Shown here: positions 63,219 to 64,000 of the stretch, piece after piece
How positions within the stretch are numbered: the first letter of the stretch is position 1
Layout of the letters: each line of letters starts with the position of its first letter
Made by a program: the position numbers and the translations under genes
NCBI RefSeq assembly: GCF_009914755.1
Contig: NC_060936.1
Strand: one strand, 5' to 3'
Source: the human T2T-CHM13v2.0 reference genome, Homo sapiens
DNA length: 64,000 bases
Notes under the pieces: generated by a model
Database searches by the model: none
What the model was told of the DNA's origin: nothing
The model's input: the letters and a program-made list of their open reading frames with translations, nothing else

Positions 63219-63671
63219 CCACTTCTCCTTTAATCGGCTGGAAATAGGAAGTGGTCTTGGGAAATGACTGGAGGTAGGAAGGCTTCTGGTTCTTAACCCT
63301 GAATGAATTGTATGGCTCCCTATAACGATGGCTCTCTTAAGAATGGGAGGTACTTAACCTCTCTGTCCCTAATTTTGATATCTAGTCCCTGTATCCCAGG
63401 CAATATGAAAAGTGCCATGCAACATCCTGTTACAAATAGAAACACAATCCAGGGCTTTTAGAGGCAAAGAGCTACCTTTTCCATGACCCTGACAGTTCTC
63501 TGGAATACACCTGATAAAAATTAATAATCTCAAGATATGTAAGATATAGCCTCTAACCTGATAATCTTCTTTTGGGAGCTTTAAAACTATTTGTTTGTAT
63601 AGAGACTAAGATCCTAGAGAGTTACTCCCTCTTGGTAAAGTTTGGGTCCTTTATTAAAATATGACCACTAA

Positions 63672-63948
63672 TACTGGTATAAAAATAGACACACAGACCA
63701 GTGGAACAGAATGGAGACCCCTGAAATAAAGCTGCATACCTACAACCAACTGATCTTTGACAAAGTCAGCAAAAATGAACCATGAGGAAAGGATACTCTA
63801 TTCAATAAAGAGTGTTAGGAAAACTGGTTAACCAGGCACAGAAGACTGAAACTAGATCCATACCTCTCACTATATACAAAAATTAACTCAAGATGGATTA
63901 AAGGTTAAAGGTAAGTCCTCAAACTATAAAAGTTCCAGAAGAAAACCA
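63672..63948 (+). mobile_element. L1 ORF2 fragment (L1PB/old L1PA type)
   Basis: TACTGGTATAAAAATAGACACACAGACCAGTGGAACAGAAT translates [13 protein letters not shown]. Also CAACTGATCTTTGACAAA and AAAATTAACTCAAGATGGATTAAAG. Confidence 0.92.
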
Positions 63949-63949
63949 A

Positions 63950-64000
63950 ATACATATATATATATGTATATATGTATGTGTATATATATGTGTGTGTGTA
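63950..64000. repeat. (TA)n/(TG)n microsatellite
   Basis: Directly visible; runs to the window edge. Confidence 0.95.

Overview
Primate (human-like) genomic DNA, AT-rich and CpG-poor, with no protein-coding gene I can support. About half of the window is decayed transposable elements: one full-length but disrupted L1PA7-like LINE-1 (about 24717-31177, minus strand), older L1 fragments, six Alus (S and J types) plus a FRAM monomer, MaLR/ERVL/ERV1 solo LTRs, MIR and L2 fossils, and DNA transposon relics (Tigger5/MER47, MER94, MARNA, MER91, MER45A, MER20/20B, Charlie4z, MER1B). LTR orientation bias and two candidate exon ends (donors at 52527 and 9666) suggest the window lies in the intron(s) of a large minus-strand gene, which I cannot name. 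I found no rRNA, tRNA, CRISPR array or prokaryotic feature, and no convincing undescribed biological system. The observations most worth checking are local: a templated insertion in an MLT1B LTR copied from 1.1 kb away, a micro-duplication creating three CCAAT boxes, a palindromic double CArG, a duplicated and interrupted MER45A, a possible gag/protease fossil, and inverted Alu pairs. Repeat family names come from recalled consensus sequences, not a database search. Boundaries of old repeats are approximate.
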